A stretch of DNA of 62,838 bases, the filler included, from Choristocarpus tenellus KU-1152 (taxonomy: Eukaryota; Protista; Phaeophyceae), in NCBI GenBank assembly GCA_964200185.2. It is 10 parts of 10 records of this genome, joined end to end, with 100 filler letters (N's around TTAATTAATTAA, not from the genome) between each part and the next. Parts side by side here need not be neighbours in the genome. Positions count along the whole stretch, not along the records: positions 13,118 to 30,318 come from CAXNAD020000703.1; positions 30,419 to 35,382 come from CAXNAD020012352.1; positions 35,483 to 38,390 come from CAXNAD020023734.1; positions 38,491 to 45,895 come from CAXNAD020006207.1; 6 more parts are not named here. One strand, given 5' to 3'. The notes beneath the pieces are model-generated. The model searched no databases. It was not told where the DNA came from and saw only the letters and a program-made list of their open reading frames with translations. Made by a program: the position numbers and the translations under genes. This document shows positions 25,500-38,865 of the stretch, in pieces (the first letter of the stretch is position 1; each line of letters starts with the position of its first letter).

Positions 25500-28400
25500 T
25501 TCCATCTTGATTTTTTCTTGGTCTTGTAAAGTGCCTGTGAAAAAGACAACATATATGCCCTCCCAAGCCGTACGCACCAGAGCATTGCACAGCTAGCTGT
25601 TTGATATGAAGATACAGTCATCATTGGAGTCATCCTGCTTTAGAGGGCGTTGGTGTTCAGTATTTGGGGTCCTTGTGACTACTTTCTGGAAGACATGTTG
25701 AGGTTATGTGAAGGAGTGCTTGTCTTCTACACCCACAGTATCCTAGTGGGAGTTGGCTGTGTTTTAGGCATGGGAATGAGGTGTAAGGCAGAAGGTTGAA
25801 AAGACCCTAAACAATTGAAGGGTCTAAATGTATCCCTCTCTGAGGTAGGGCGGATCTTTGGCATGACCTTTGCAGTTTACCATCAGGAGGTTATCGTCTT
25901 GGGAGATTGATACAATTTTGGAAGCAAGCAATTATATAACATGTGGCACACTTCAAACAAAACAGTCTTTTTTGTCTGAATGTTGCTTTACATGCCAAAG
26001 TACACCACATTATTAACGTTTTGGCTCATTAAACCTCTTGTAACATGCCAAGGTGCTTTTACCAATAGTATGGTAATACACCACTTGTATGTAAGAAATC
26101 GACCATGGGTTAGGCAGACCAACATAATATTGCCATATGAAGGGGAGGTCCTTGTGCAAATCCACGGGGTGGTTTCCAATGTGCAATGAAAACATTGACC
26201 AAGGAGTGTAATTAACCACCTTTCCTGATATAATTCGACCACATATCAACCTCATAGCAGCCATAGAGGCTATTGCATAGGTCCACACAGGGTTCCCCTC
26301 TCTTTGGGATGGTCCTTGGACTTATATTTCAGCCACCAGTCTCTTAGTCGCTGCCCGTGTGGTGGTAAATGCAGCCTTGACCCAAAGGTTTGTCCACGGG
26401 CTGTCCTGGACCTTGAGAAGCAGGAGCACATGGTAGATTGTCTCCTGTTCGCCAGGAAAACAGTCTGATCTTAACCAAGGTCGATTTTTCCTAGTAGGTA
26501 GGTCAAATCACCTGGGATGGAGACCCTTTGCCAGGGCCAGGGCATGCAATTTTTTAGGGGTTAAAAAAAGAAGAAATATTTGTGACTGGATGAAAAGGTG
26601 CATCCACTAGTTTCATCATGAAGCTTCCAGGGTTGTGGACACCATCAAGTGTTTCAAGGCTGTGAAGGGGACCTTCAACGCACCCAAGTTTGGGTGGGAC
26701 CATACCTGGAATATGGATAAGGCGAGTACGATGTAATATTGACTCAGAGATTCAAGTCACCTCGACCTCCCCAAGGAACTTGGTACTAGACTCATTGCAA
26801 ACCCTGTCTCTGGCTCATAGTATCCTAGTGGGTGAATGTTTCGTCCGAGTGATCCATTCAGGACTTGACGGGGTGTTGTAAGATATCTCAGTTTGATGCC
26901 CGTTTTGAGGGATCTTTCTTTGAGTTTGACCCAGATAGGGGGATGGACAGGAAGGTGCGTTCAGATGAAGGAAACTGCCTGTACACCTGACACATTCACT
27001 CCTATGACATGAAATCATCTCCGAGTCATATACTCCAATGGATGTTTTTACCGCCCCTCTAGGTTAATGTGGATCACTATTCGAACTGTGCAACGTCGCT
27101 TGCAGGTAACACTCTCCAGGGACAATGCGAAGAATTGCTATAGCGGTAAGGGTGTCAAGATCGTCCCCACTAGGCTCAGAACACGAAATAGAATTCTCAA
27201 GCGATGTGCATTGTCCTCCATGGATGATAATCAATATGTGCACTTCGTCGTGAGCCCCATCATCTTCATGTAGTTTGAGGGGGAATTCCATCCATTGGGG
27301 GGGGAGGGTGACCCTGAGGGGATATGTTTCCACTTACACCATCTCTTGTGGTCACCACCAAGATTTACATTGACCGCATCAAGGAGTTTGTGAGGAGGCT
27401 GAGGGCAGAGGGATGAATTGATTGCAGGTCACATACAGTGCTCATTGATGGACATATATCTCATATGGAGCCAGCTGTCATAGATTATGTCTCCAGAAGT
27501 GGTGCAGGATATACACATCAACATCATGATCGGGGGCACCTCAAGGAAACGAAGAAGTCCAAGAATAGTCCTGTTGTAAGAGCCCAACCAGGGGAGAATG
27601 CATGGGGGATAACTATATCTGGCGTTGTCACAGGGAGCATGAGATGCTTTAGAATGGCTGAGATGGGCAAATGTAGCGACAAGGTTGAGAAGTTGTCAAG
27701 AATTGGGATATGCACCCAGTGGAATTTAAGTAATTGTTAGAGTTATAGGTTGTGGGATTGAATCCCAGCTGGACCACGTTCCTGATTCTCAACAGCAGGA
27801 AGATAATCATGGAGTGAGAGAGGGGTTTAGGAACAGGTCCAAGAGAAAAAAATAAGATTCAGATGACCACTGAGGGACAGTATGCGATTAGTGGAGTGAT
27901 GACCAACAGAAATGTTGGGTAGGCTTCCAGCCTCTGATTTTGTCAAGTACTGAGATACCACCGTTCCAGGAGGAAAGAGAGTCGTGCCACTATCTGCCTG
28001 GGTAGAATAGTGATATCTCAGTACTTGACTATGTACAGGGCAGCAGAAGAAAATATCTGAAGGAGGCAGGAAAATCCACCAAAGCTGCAGCCAAAGCAAC
28101 AGCAAAAGCCGAAATCAGTGCATGCCTCTGTGCCGGGAGTAGGGTGTGTGGGGAGTGTGAGGGGGCCGAGGTGGACATGGGAAACTGGTTGGAGAAAGTG
28201 TAAGGGAGCGCTAACAGACTATCACCTCCTAAGTGATCTCCTCACTCCGCCATCTAGAAAATAAACCTCTCATCAACCTCGCAATTGGTATGGGGTGAAA
28301 CTCCTCTGTGTCCCTGCCCCTCTCCAGTGACATTATGCTGAAGTTACAGACACGTTTTCAGCAATCCATTCCACCCAAAGGTGATTCTGGGCAGCCAGGA

Positions 28401-28560
28401 ACCTCCTGAGGTCTCTTGGTTGGCATTTTTCTCGCTGTAGATGACTGTAAGGTCCAATATGGAGGGCTGGTACTTTATAATCTGGGAATATTTTTTCCAT
28501 TTTTAGTCTTTTGTTATGAATATGCTTGGGTGGGTTACGGATGTGGACAAGTAACATAAT
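25500..28560 (-). mobile_element. Non-LTR retrotransposon (LINE, possibly RTE-like) relic
   Basis: Minus strand shows NNY.., VIPHAFSPGWALT (like QxGFxPGRST) in ORF 27524-27715 and PYLG in ORF 26815-27018, with an endonuclease-like segment near 28330-28560; many stops and frameshifts. Confidence 0.5.
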
Positions 28561-29229
28561 ATACGTCTATGTAGGAATAGACAACCTACAATTTGTTGTA
28601 CAGCACAATGTACAAGTCAATTACTCGATTAGATGCCTTGGCCAACGGAAACAAAATATGATAAGTTTGTACTTCCGTTGGTCCTTAATTCCCTTGTTTA
28701 ACTCTAGTGAAATGACTCTTCATCCTATAGATCAATAAATCGTTTCATATTTTGACATATTTCAGAACATTCATAATAACGATTCTCGTTATTACTCTTG
28801 ATCCAATAAATAGCTACTAGTATCAGTACTTCTTTCTTGACTGTTTGCGTCAGTGTCTAGGTGAGATATGTTATTTCTTTTTACATCTATAATTCATGTA
28901 CCATAAATCCAATTATTGAACATCCCTTGATCAATGCCGTCTCCCTCTGTGTGTGCATTGTCTACCTTCAGATGGTGTCGCTGCTTTATCTCTTTGTTCA
29001 TCCTCTGGTTAGGCATTCCTCTATAGGAAGCAAACGTTCTTCCAATGTGTTTCGAAATGTTATTCTTCGAAACATTTTCTGCACAGCTGGGATAGCTATA
29101 TCCTTGGTGATCCAACTTCTGGTGGTGAACTTTCTATCCCTCGACTCAAGTGATGTGCGTTGTCTTCCACGGTTGATCATCAAAATATGTACTTGCATTT
29201 CAAACATATTTCTTCAAGCATTGGCCATT

Positions 29230-29488
29230 GACGCAAAGCATTTAAGAGGGTAGGAGTTTTACCCTGTTTGTCCATTCGGGGCTTGGCTTCCAACGGGTTG
29301 TTTATGTCCCCTTTCGGTTTTTGAAGTATTTCGGGGTAGATAAAGTGTATTCGACTATGAAAGGTGTGTCCGCAGCAAGGATACTGACACTTGCTAACAA
29401 ACAAGACAACAAAAATTTCATCAAAATCGCAACATTGGATTTGGGACCCCAAACGGACACGACCTTACCCTCTTAAGTGTTTTGACTC
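29230..29488. mobile_element. MITE family B, full copy, TSD ATT
   Basis: GACGCAAAGCATTTAAGAGGGTAG ... TTACCCTCTTAAGTGTTTTGACTC; opposite orientation to 6374. Confidence 0.92.
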
Positions 29489-30135
29489 ATTGTTGTAATT
29501 GTTCTTTGTAATATTGGCATTAGTATTAGTATTGGTATTAGTAATAGTAATAGTACTAGTACTAGTATTCGTATTAGTATTTGTTCTAGTATTAGTTTTT
29601 GTATGGGAAATGGTAAATTTCAATACTATTATTAGAAATTTTTCCCCAATTGATTGTAGTGAACATTAGGAAAGGGCGAGGCACATGGCCTGGATATAGC
29701 AGAGAGTATGAGAGGACCAACATGTGATTACTCAGGATTTAGGTTCATCAGGGTAGTGTGAAGATGGCAGTACGCCTAATGGAAAATTTCCAGCACTCAT
29801 GACACATATAGCACATGTAGGGCACAATCCCTTTAGAAGACAAGCATGAATCAAGATTGGAAGTTTCACATTACCGCATTGCTTCTTTCTACTCATCAGC
29901 GTCTAAATGGCAAGAGTTATGGCAGTACCCCTAACCTGACTCCCATCATTTACAGGAGGGACTTGAGCTGGAGAGTTTTCTTGAATCCGTAAAGAACTTG
30001 GTGGTGTTATGTCTGATTGAGGTGAGGGCAACTTTGTCAACTCCCTAAGCCATTGCATGCTCTGTTTTTCAAATTTGTGGGCTCTTTCCAATAAAATCAA
30101 CCCAGTTGTGCTTATGGGTTTAGTGAGTTATTTGG

Positions 30136-30273
30136 CACCCAGAGAATCTTGGGGGGGGGTGGCTGCTGTCCATTTTGGGCCCATTTTTCCATTTCTCAAT
30201 ATTGGTGTGATTTGGTTGCATATGTTGGATGGACAATGTAAGTGCACTTTTCCTGGTCAGGGTTCAAAAGGAT

Positions 30274-30304
<31 letters not shown>

Positions 30305-30318
30305 TCCCCAGATGAGAG
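30136..30318. mobile_element. MITE family A, diverged, at contig end
   Basis: Body GCTGTCCATTTTGGGCC...GTAAGTGCACTTTTCCTGG followed by poly-C. Confidence 0.8.
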
Positions 30319-30418
30319 NNNNNNNNNNNNNNNNNNNNNNNNNNNNNNNNNNNNNNNNNNNNTTAATTAATTAANNNNNNNNNNNNNNNNNNNNNNNNNN
30401 NNNNNNNNNNNNNNNNNN
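30319..30418. other. Artificial contig spacer
   Basis: 44 N + TTAATTAATTAA + 44 N. Confidence 0.98.
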
Positions 30419-30443
30419 ACCCCCCCCCCAGATACTTTGACCC
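30419..30443. mobile_element. MITE family A/C right end
   Basis: CCCCAGATACTTTGACCC. Confidence 0.78.
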
Positions 30444-33400
30444 TAATCAAATACTCCTCATTCCTCTTGTTGTATCTCCTTGTACACTCCAATACGTACG
30501 GTGTGGGAGGGAAGGAGAGTTGGCCTCCCAACTGCATGCAGCCGATGAACTGCGTATAGTGATGTGAATATATTACATTCAAGCAATACAGAGCAGGTAC
30601 ATTGAGCACCTACATCGTCCACTACTAAAAAATACAGGAATTTACGACCCTGAAGTAAGTGAGGAAAACTTTGCGTACATATTACCATTTGGCTTTTTGA
30701 GGGCATTCTCACCAACTTCGGGATGTAGTCATTTTGAAATGGTTTTCAATAGAAGGGTTTTGAAGAGTTATAACAATCCACACAAGCAAGAACACCACTC
30801 TGCAAAATTCTGGTTGTGTAGGTACGTATCCACTCTGTAGTACTACATACAGATACTGCTACTGTCCCATCGCGCCCGTAGCAGTCATCTCTCACCCACA
30901 TACATTCTGACCACTAGAGCTTGTTGCCGATCACCTGACTCAGTCACACGTACGTACGTCTGGCAGTGGTCAGGGAATGACTGATTATGTTTACGCACCA
31001 CAGCAATACACACGGTTTCAACAGGGACACAATTGTAGCTATCTCAAACCCAATCAATCTCAACTAATCCTCAATGGATGCGCCTCATGTTCCTCCGCTT
31101 ACACCCCACACCACACATGATCATTGAATGGATCACAACATAGTAGTAGAAAAGTCTGTATTCACCCTGAACGATCAAAGTATAAATTGGCATTTTAGAA
31201 CGAAAACAAAATCATCAAACTATCCAAACGCTTCCAATTATCCAAACTATGATCGTACTTTCGTGCAAATAAAATATGAATCTCCAATGAAACACCCATA
31301 TTGTCTTTGTTTGGGTTATACTTTACTAGTACTTTTATTTGTCGCACATTAGTAGGTGATCATCCCGACCCATCGTCACAAACACAACATAATGCAAACT
31401 ATTAATGGCTCTGATATTAACTACTACTACTTTCTTGCCTTGCTTCTTAAGCCTTGGATCTAGCACCCAATATAGATAGAGTACAAGGTGTATATGAGCA
31501 CTTTGTTGTGTTTGACTTACGGAATTAGCGTCACTGAAACCAGATTTTAGAGCAAAAGGTCTGACGTCAAAGGGAGTCGAACCCACTAAAAGAATCCAAT
31601 AGGGTATACCTCTCACCACTGACCTATGAGGATTATGTTCATTCAAATAGAATATTGACGATAGGGTCTCGTAAAAAGTATTTTTGATGTTATCTAATTA
31701 TTATGATATTACCGAGTTTGTAAGGTTGTTGTTGATGCTTGGGGATCTTCCACCACGAAGACTGAAGCAAGGTGGACAGGATAAAGAATGTGATTGAGTC
31801 TGCAAAACGATGTTGAGGAGTTTGATATTAAGTTTGACTGTTGGAGCACTAGAACCTCTGACGAAGAGAAGAAGTGAAATGAGCGTGTAGGTGCTGGCAT
31901 ATTAAGCTTCATGGCATAGTGGCACTGCAAGGAAGCTGTGATAGCTAATGTATGATGCCATGCCAAATCAACACCTAAGGTCGCCCAAAACCACACACAT
32001 CATTATCACTACTGTCTCTGTTGAATACCCCTTTATCCCTGTTTTTTTTTCTTGCATCCATCGTTCTATTTCTTCTTTCTTTTGTTCCCCTTATGATTTA
32101 ATAATATGTTACTTTTTGGTTGTGCTAAACCCTCGGTCTTTCACTACCACGCTCAATTTCCAATCTTGATGTAAGTTAATTTAATAACCTGCACCTGAGG
32201 CTTACAAATGCAAACAATTCCACCAACCTTTTGTCGATCGCTTCCGCTTTGATTGGCAACATTGCACTCCTGCGATATTTTAATGAACACAGCCACGCTG
32301 ATGTCATAAGCATTTGGGGTAAACAGTGAATACGAAATTATTTGCAGCGATTGAATGAGGTGCCTGTATTTTGCCGTTATTGGAGTGTGACTGGGACACT
32401 AAATACTTGATCGCTCCTTTTTCCTGCCCTACTGAGTATGCTTCTCTTTCTCAATGTTTTAACCTCATCTTCTGAATATGTATGTGCCAAGAACTTCACG
32501 GTTGCCCCGGTGACATGGAGCTTAGAGACTGCCAGGGACATTCTATGTATTGCCCTGAATCTTTTTAATGATGACATCCTAACCTGCAGACTTTGTATTG
32601 AGCTATACACAATGTAGAGATTATATCATACATATTTATTCCGTTGCGGATTTCCAATCAGCATGTTATCATCAAATTCCTTTGGTCGAAGCAGGCATTG
32701 GCGCGAGACTGCTTTTGTCCCCCCAAAAGAAGGCAAGTTTGCACGGAAGTATCTTCCTGTTGGACTCAGCAAAGCCCCTTTCATTTTCATCACATGACGG
32801 ATTGTATTTTCTGATTATGGCTCAAACAGGTTGCGGTACTTTGTTATATGGTTATCTTCTTTCTCTCTCTCTTTTCTGCGATATGAGAACATCATACATT
32901 TTGACTTTGGAAAATTGGAATTACCCTCCAAGGTATATGGCCTTACTTTTAAAATACAGCCTCTCACCAACAATTAAATGTTGCCCATACAATTAAATAT
33001 GTAAGGTGGGTGAATTATCACGATCAAACATATTCTTCCGAAATAATTACTTTGGATCAGTGGTAGCTTAGATCCATAGTTTTAATTTGGTATGCTCATT
33101 GTCGTTTAACACGTTGGGCAACCCTTTCAAACAAATCAAGATTAGTCACCACCAAAACGGTACGTGGGTGGACCTCGGCTTAATATGGTTTAAGCCACAC
33201 CAGAGTAATTATAGAGAAGTTCTTCAGAGTGAGGATTGCTTACCACCTGATATATTCCAACGAGAAAGGCATGGAGTGCACCAAATTGGACTGGGTGTAC
33301 AACGAGATTTAAGTCTCACAGGAGGCCTGCACCTTCAGAATATCTCATTTGACTTGGTATGGATTGTCTGGTTCAGAGGCCTAAGTCCCATGAGTGAGCC

Positions 33401-35281
33401 TTAGCCAGCAGGTGACAAGATCGCATTAACGGGAAATAATGGAAAGAGAATGGAGAGACAACAACGCCCAATTGCAAGTTGACCAACCGAGACCCATCAA
33501 ATAAGGTTAAGCATGCTGATGCGATCACAACAAACTATTTTTCATTAAACAATTTGCTGTTGATCAAAAGTTATGACACAACAAAGTTGATGCAGGAGGT
33601 GACTGCCAACATTGTACGTGGAAAAAGGCTATTATTAATAATGCTTACATAAAGTGAACGGAAGCATTGTCTAACGGACTCTCTCACCCTTGCAGAAGTT
33701 AGGTGTACGTGTGGAGAAGGCAGAGTGCGTGGATATAAACCTCTCACTGTGGAATGGAGACAATTGCATCCAGGGAATACAGACATCTTGCTGAAGAGTA
33801 AGAAGGGACATCGTTAAACAAAATTACACATAAGCACTTGCAGACCTTTGTCTGGCAGACATCAACTCGCCAATAAGCTATATACTACACGGATTTATTA
33901 TTATTCACAGTATTGCACAGTTCGACGTGAATGTTGGTCTTGGGTAAGTTTGTGCAACGGTGTCGGACAATCTACTGCAGGCAAAAAAAAAAGGCAACTG
34001 GAGAGGATGAGCAGCGTTTCCTCAGGGCATCATAATTTTCATTAGATGAAATATCTTTGACAATTCAATACTTCATTGACAAGTGATGGTTCATTTGAAT
34101 GCCTGGTGTTACACCCCATCTCCATGTACTACATCTTCCTAGAACAGCTAGTAAAAATCCTGATTGACCTAGAAGGGCCATTAGGAACCTGGCAGTAGTA
34201 GTAGATTTTCTTGAATTTGCCACTAATACTTGACATTCTCTACCTATCTATGTGAACACTACGAAGGTTTGGATTAGGTGGTGAGATGTCTTACCTTCCT
34301 CCTGGGTCAAACCATTTGTATACTTTTAGTCTGGTACTACAACCACTGCCTCAACTCTTTTACAAATGAACAACGAAACTAGAAATTGGTAGCCCACATA
34401 GATGCGGATTCTTTATCTACATGGTGGGGTTAAAAAAGGGATTAATACGTATCACCACAAAGCTAGAGATTAACGCAAAATCAGCCATAGCAAATAGGTG
34501 AGTATAGCTCCCCTTTTGTTTCGGAAATCTTTATATAGGGGTACTTACAGAGTGAGAGGGTGAGGAAGGTTGAAGTTGACAGGTCAGCACATTTTTTTGA
34601 TTCATCTCCAAGTTAGTGAGTGAGTGTTGAGAATCATGGTATCCTAGAGGGGAGTTGATTCAGTCCCTTATGCGAAAGATGGGCGCATGCAATCTTCTGC
34701 CTGACAACCCCATTCCCATGCCCAAAATGCAATTAACTTCATTCAGGATGTTGTGGGTGTAAAGGAGGAGGCCAAACTTAATCTACAAAATCGCCCTCCA
34801 GAGTACTGCTAAGAGCACATACATGTACCAGAGGGGAGGCATGGATATCCCTTATACTTAACACAACAACAGCTTATATACGTATAAGGCTTGCATTGAT
34901 TGACTAATGAATGTACCTCTATGTAGCAGTCGCTGTATTGAAAAGGGGCAGGTTGGTTTCATACGATTGCAGGGTCAAAAGTCTGGACAAGAAGGCTGAA
35001 AATTGTTTCAGACGATTTCATCAGATGTAGATGCTGCAGGGTTGAATATGCGGGTAGGGCAGTCATCCTTCTTGTTTGTGTTGCTGACGATGTAGGGTCG
35101 TTGACGGACTTGGCGATCTTCCGCACATAGTTTAAGAATGCGTTAACTAGCTGATACTTCGTTTGAAAGGAGGTGGGAAGATCCACAGGACGTTGGGACG
35201 AGGCGATATACGACAAGGAAAGGCAGTCACGCAATTACAACAGTTCAGTGAAATATAATTTCATCCGTCCCTTGTCCTCAT

Positions 35282-35382
35282 GGGTCAAAGTATCTGGGGG
35301 GGGGAGGGTGGTTTGTGAGGGGGTGTCCGTTTTGGTCAAACAACTTTTTTTTTTGCTGACATTTCAAATCCGACACGTGCGA
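35282..35382. mobile_element. MITE family C, truncated by contig end
   Basis: Similar to the reverse complement of the right half of 54950-55140. Confidence 0.85.
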
Positions 35383-35482
35383 NNNNNNNNNNNNNNNNNN
35401 NNNNNNNNNNNNNNNNNNNNNNNNNNTTAATTAATTAANNNNNNNNNNNNNNNNNNNNNNNNNNNNNNNNNNNNNNNNNNNN
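35383..35482. other. Artificial contig spacer
   Basis: 44 N + TTAATTAATTAA + 44 N. Confidence 0.98.
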
Positions 35483-36880
35483 TCCCCCTGACACATCTGC
35501 AAAAAGTCAGAGGGCATAATAATAAAAAAATATATGTTTCACCTCCACTATATGTATACACCGATGGCCGTATGTACTCAACGGAAGACAGTATGTGGGG
35601 CTAGATAGTATATTTATTATTCTTATTATTATGCCCTCTGATATTTTGCAGGTGTGTCCGGGGAAAAACCAATTAAAAGTCTTTAAAAAAAAATCAGAAC
35701 AACCCCTACAAGAGTAACAGTTGTCGTAAATGTGCAAGGCATTTTTCTATCATTTATTTACTTTTATAATAACAGCTATGCTACACCGCCACCCTCCTGT
35801 GCCTCCAACCTTAATTGTTATTGTGCCCTCTGACATTTTACAGATACGGGCTGGAGGATATTCCAGGAAAGGGGCTGTCAAGTCTCCTGCAAAACAGGCG
35901 GTGTCCATCCCTTCACAAGTGGCTCTCTCTGAGATTCGTCGTGCGTTTCAAACTCAAGACACTGGGCAGATGGGTAAGAAGGGACCTGACAGATATTCTT
36001 TTGTGGATACTTCCCTAGGTTCTCGACCACCTTTGTAGGCTGCTTGGATAGAAGCATAGCACCAATGCAACCACATTATTTCTTGGTAAAGAATAATCTT
36101 CAAAAGGACATCATTGTTGTATTGTAAGATAGTACTACATGTATGCTTTGTTATAATATATATAATAATATTATCTCCTCTAACAATTTCCAGATGTGTC
36201 AGAGAAAAACTAAACCTGTATCACAAGGCCTACTATAAAAATAAAGTTGTTAATAATGTAAAAAGGTACCCCTCTAAAAATGATTTACAATACGAGAACA
36301 TCCCTCCCTTAATCAAACGTTTGGTAACTATCAATACAATGTAATGTTGTGCATGCATACTGGTATGCGAGCCAAAGTATCTTAGAGGGTAGAGCCGTGT
36401 CCATTTTGGGGTCAATATCCAATATTGCGATTTTGATGCAATTTTGGCTATAGTTTTTGTTAGAAAGTGTCAATATCCACGTTCTGGACATACCTTTCAT
36501 AACATCACTTTACCTACTACTCCTAAACATTTTGGAGTAGAAAAAATGTCATAGAAGAACCCATGGAAAGCCAAGCCCCAAATGGACAAACAGGACAAAA
36601 CTCGTACCCCTCTAAGATACTTTCACTCATGCTTCTAACCCAGCTTAGACCTAGGAAGATGGGCAACGGCATAGGGAAGCATAATAATGTATGTATTGTG
36701 TGATTTATACATTATCATAATAACCTCTCACATTTTACAGGTGTGAGAGGAAAAAAAACGAAATCTGTATCACAGTGGCCCCTGTGAAAATAACAGTTGT
36801 CGTTACTGTAATAGATACACCTCAAAAGATGACTTACTGTTTAACAACAGTTCAAAAATGTTCCATTGAAGGTTGATTGA
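35483..36880. repeat. Cluster of dispersed repeat E copies, including one inverted pair
   Basis: Motif TTATGCCCTCTGA..TTTT.CAG.TGTGTC at about 35483-35523 (reverse), 35623-35735, 35818, 36170 and 36720; another reverse copy at about 44145-44250. Confidence 0.7.
36369..36628. mobile_element. MITE family B, full copy, TSD ATGC
   Basis: GAGCCAAAGTATCTTAGAGGGTAG ... CCCTCTAAGATACTTTCACTC; ATGC on both flanks. Confidence 0.92.
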
Positions 36881-37859
36881 TACCTATTATAATGCAATGT
36901 AATTACTCCTTCATAGATGGAATATTGTTATTACTTCGAAGGGATACTTTCTTGGGAAATGAAGTGAATGCGCGCGAGGCGCGCGTTGAGACCCCGCGAC
37001 ATGAACTTAGAGTGACATCTGATTTACTGATTTGCCATACCTTCAGGACCAAAGTAGTGGACTAACAGCACAGCTACCACAACGCCCTCGACGACCGTGA
37101 GTCTGAAACCTCAATGATGTATAGACGCGGATGTTTGCGGGAGTCGCCCCTGAGGCCTCCCGGGTGTGCAGCCTGACCCGAGGGAGAACCCGGGAACCTG
37201 TTGTTTTGTACTCCCACACCATTTTAACCACCAGTTAACGGTGCAAGAGGTGAGGTACGGGCATGTACCATAGCTAAATGATTGATTGGTTGTTGTGTAG
37301 AGCTAATCACCTTTCAATCAATGGTAAAATTTGTGATACGGTCCCGCCGTCTTAATTGTTTCGTACCAATTGATTTCATCGAGTTGGTGTCACGTCCAGT
37401 TTTGCGTTTGCTCGACTCCTCCTATGCCTCTTTCGTCACCCCCCAACCTGCTGCGTAGTGCTTCATGACGTTCAACTAGGGAATTCTAGGGAAAACTCTT
37501 TCTCCCCCTCGAGTCGACAATGTTGACGAAAGTCTTTTCTGTGGAAGATGACAAAACCGACCACCTTTCCTCCGCTGTCGGGTTTGTTCTCGTCCGGTGG
37601 TTGTAGGCACGTGAATTGACCTAGCGAGAAGTAACCAAAATTATATTTTAGTTGATATGCTCAGATAAGTTTGCTAGGCGACAAACATAAGTGTCACTTC
37701 AACTCGATTTTGCACTCTTGCTCTTTTGCGCAGTTGTATCTCATGACCAGAGCTATAGTCGCACTAACGATGGATGGACGTTTCCCCCCACGCTTGACGT
37801 TACGGGCAGGTAGAAAATTCCCCCTTTTACCTGTATCCGTCGAAAGCTAGTCCATAGCA

Positions 37860-38373
37860 ATGAGTGAGGCCGGCGGTCTTGGAGGTTCTGGCAGTAGCCG
37901 AACCGCTGTGAAGAAGGGGTACGAGGTGTATGAGCCAGGAGCCCGAGCAGGAGCGAGACGAGGACAGAGACTGCAGACAACAGACGCTGCTTCTACAGTA
38001 TTTAGTGAAGGTACTAATACCTTCGATGCCCCAGTGACTGTCCGGGGCCGTGGATCACAAGGACAGGGCCTTATGCAGGATAGGGGTAGAGGTCATTTGC
38101 TATGGGATCCCGATGATGACGCAGGCGAGCCTGACCGCGAATGGAAACGCGACAAGGGAGGTGCAGGAGAACCCCCCCCAAGACCCCGTGCCCGGAATAA
38201 CATGCAGAGACGGGCTGGTGAAGGAAGTTTGGAGACTTCAGGTGTAGAGGAGCCCTCAGTAGACCGGTACGATGACCTGAACCGCAAGGTTGAAGAAGAA
38301 GTGGTGCGTAAACTGGCACGCGCCCAAATGATGGGTATGATGCTCAAGGCTCATCGAGAGAAGGAAGAGGCAG
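37860..38373 (+). CDS. First coding exon of an unknown protein; the gene runs off the contig
   Basis: ATG-started, GC-rich, stop-free ORF ending in a helical segment (YDDLNRKVEEEVVRKLARAQMMGMMLKAHREKEEA), then donor CAG|GTAAAC; CpG-rich upstream region. Confidence 0.65.
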
Positions 38374-38390
38374 GTAAACGCGGGGGTGGG

Positions 38391-38490
38391 NNNNNNNNNN
38401 NNNNNNNNNNNNNNNNNNNNNNNNNNNNNNNNNNTTAATTAATTAANNNNNNNNNNNNNNNNNNNNNNNNNNNNNNNNNNNNNNNNNNNN
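38391..38490. other. Artificial contig spacer
   Basis: 44 N + TTAATTAATTAA + 44 N. Confidence 0.98.
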
Positions 38491-38573
38491 GATAATGTAA
38501 GTGCACTTTTCCTGGTTTTGGTCAAATGGACAACCTGGTGTAGACCCCCCACCCCCCCCAGATACTTTGGGTC
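38491..38573. mobile_element. MITE family A right half
   Basis: Ends CCCAGATACTTTGGGTC. Confidence 0.85.
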
Positions 38574-38865
38574 TATTCAACAGTAATTTCGTTAACTTAT
38601 AGCTGGTGGTCTCTGCAGAAAATGCAGACACATCGTAGCTTATTGATTCTCCATTCTTTGAATTTCTCCAGCAGAATATAGTACAATACGATAAAGTATA
38701 CTCCCCATACATTATTGCAATGTGCAGGAAGTTGTCCAATTGACAGTCTGCACCTTCCACCTCCAAAGTTCTGCCAAAATATGCTTTTGTAGAGCCTCAT
38801 TTACGGGATTTAACACGACCACACTATACTTCCTCAATCTTTCATGGGTGATCGGGTTGGCCAAG

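Noticed and set aside
33240-33790. Tyrosine recombinase (GLRP and HLTSARVR segments)
   Set aside because: The motif order is wrong for the R..HxxR..Y catalytic set.
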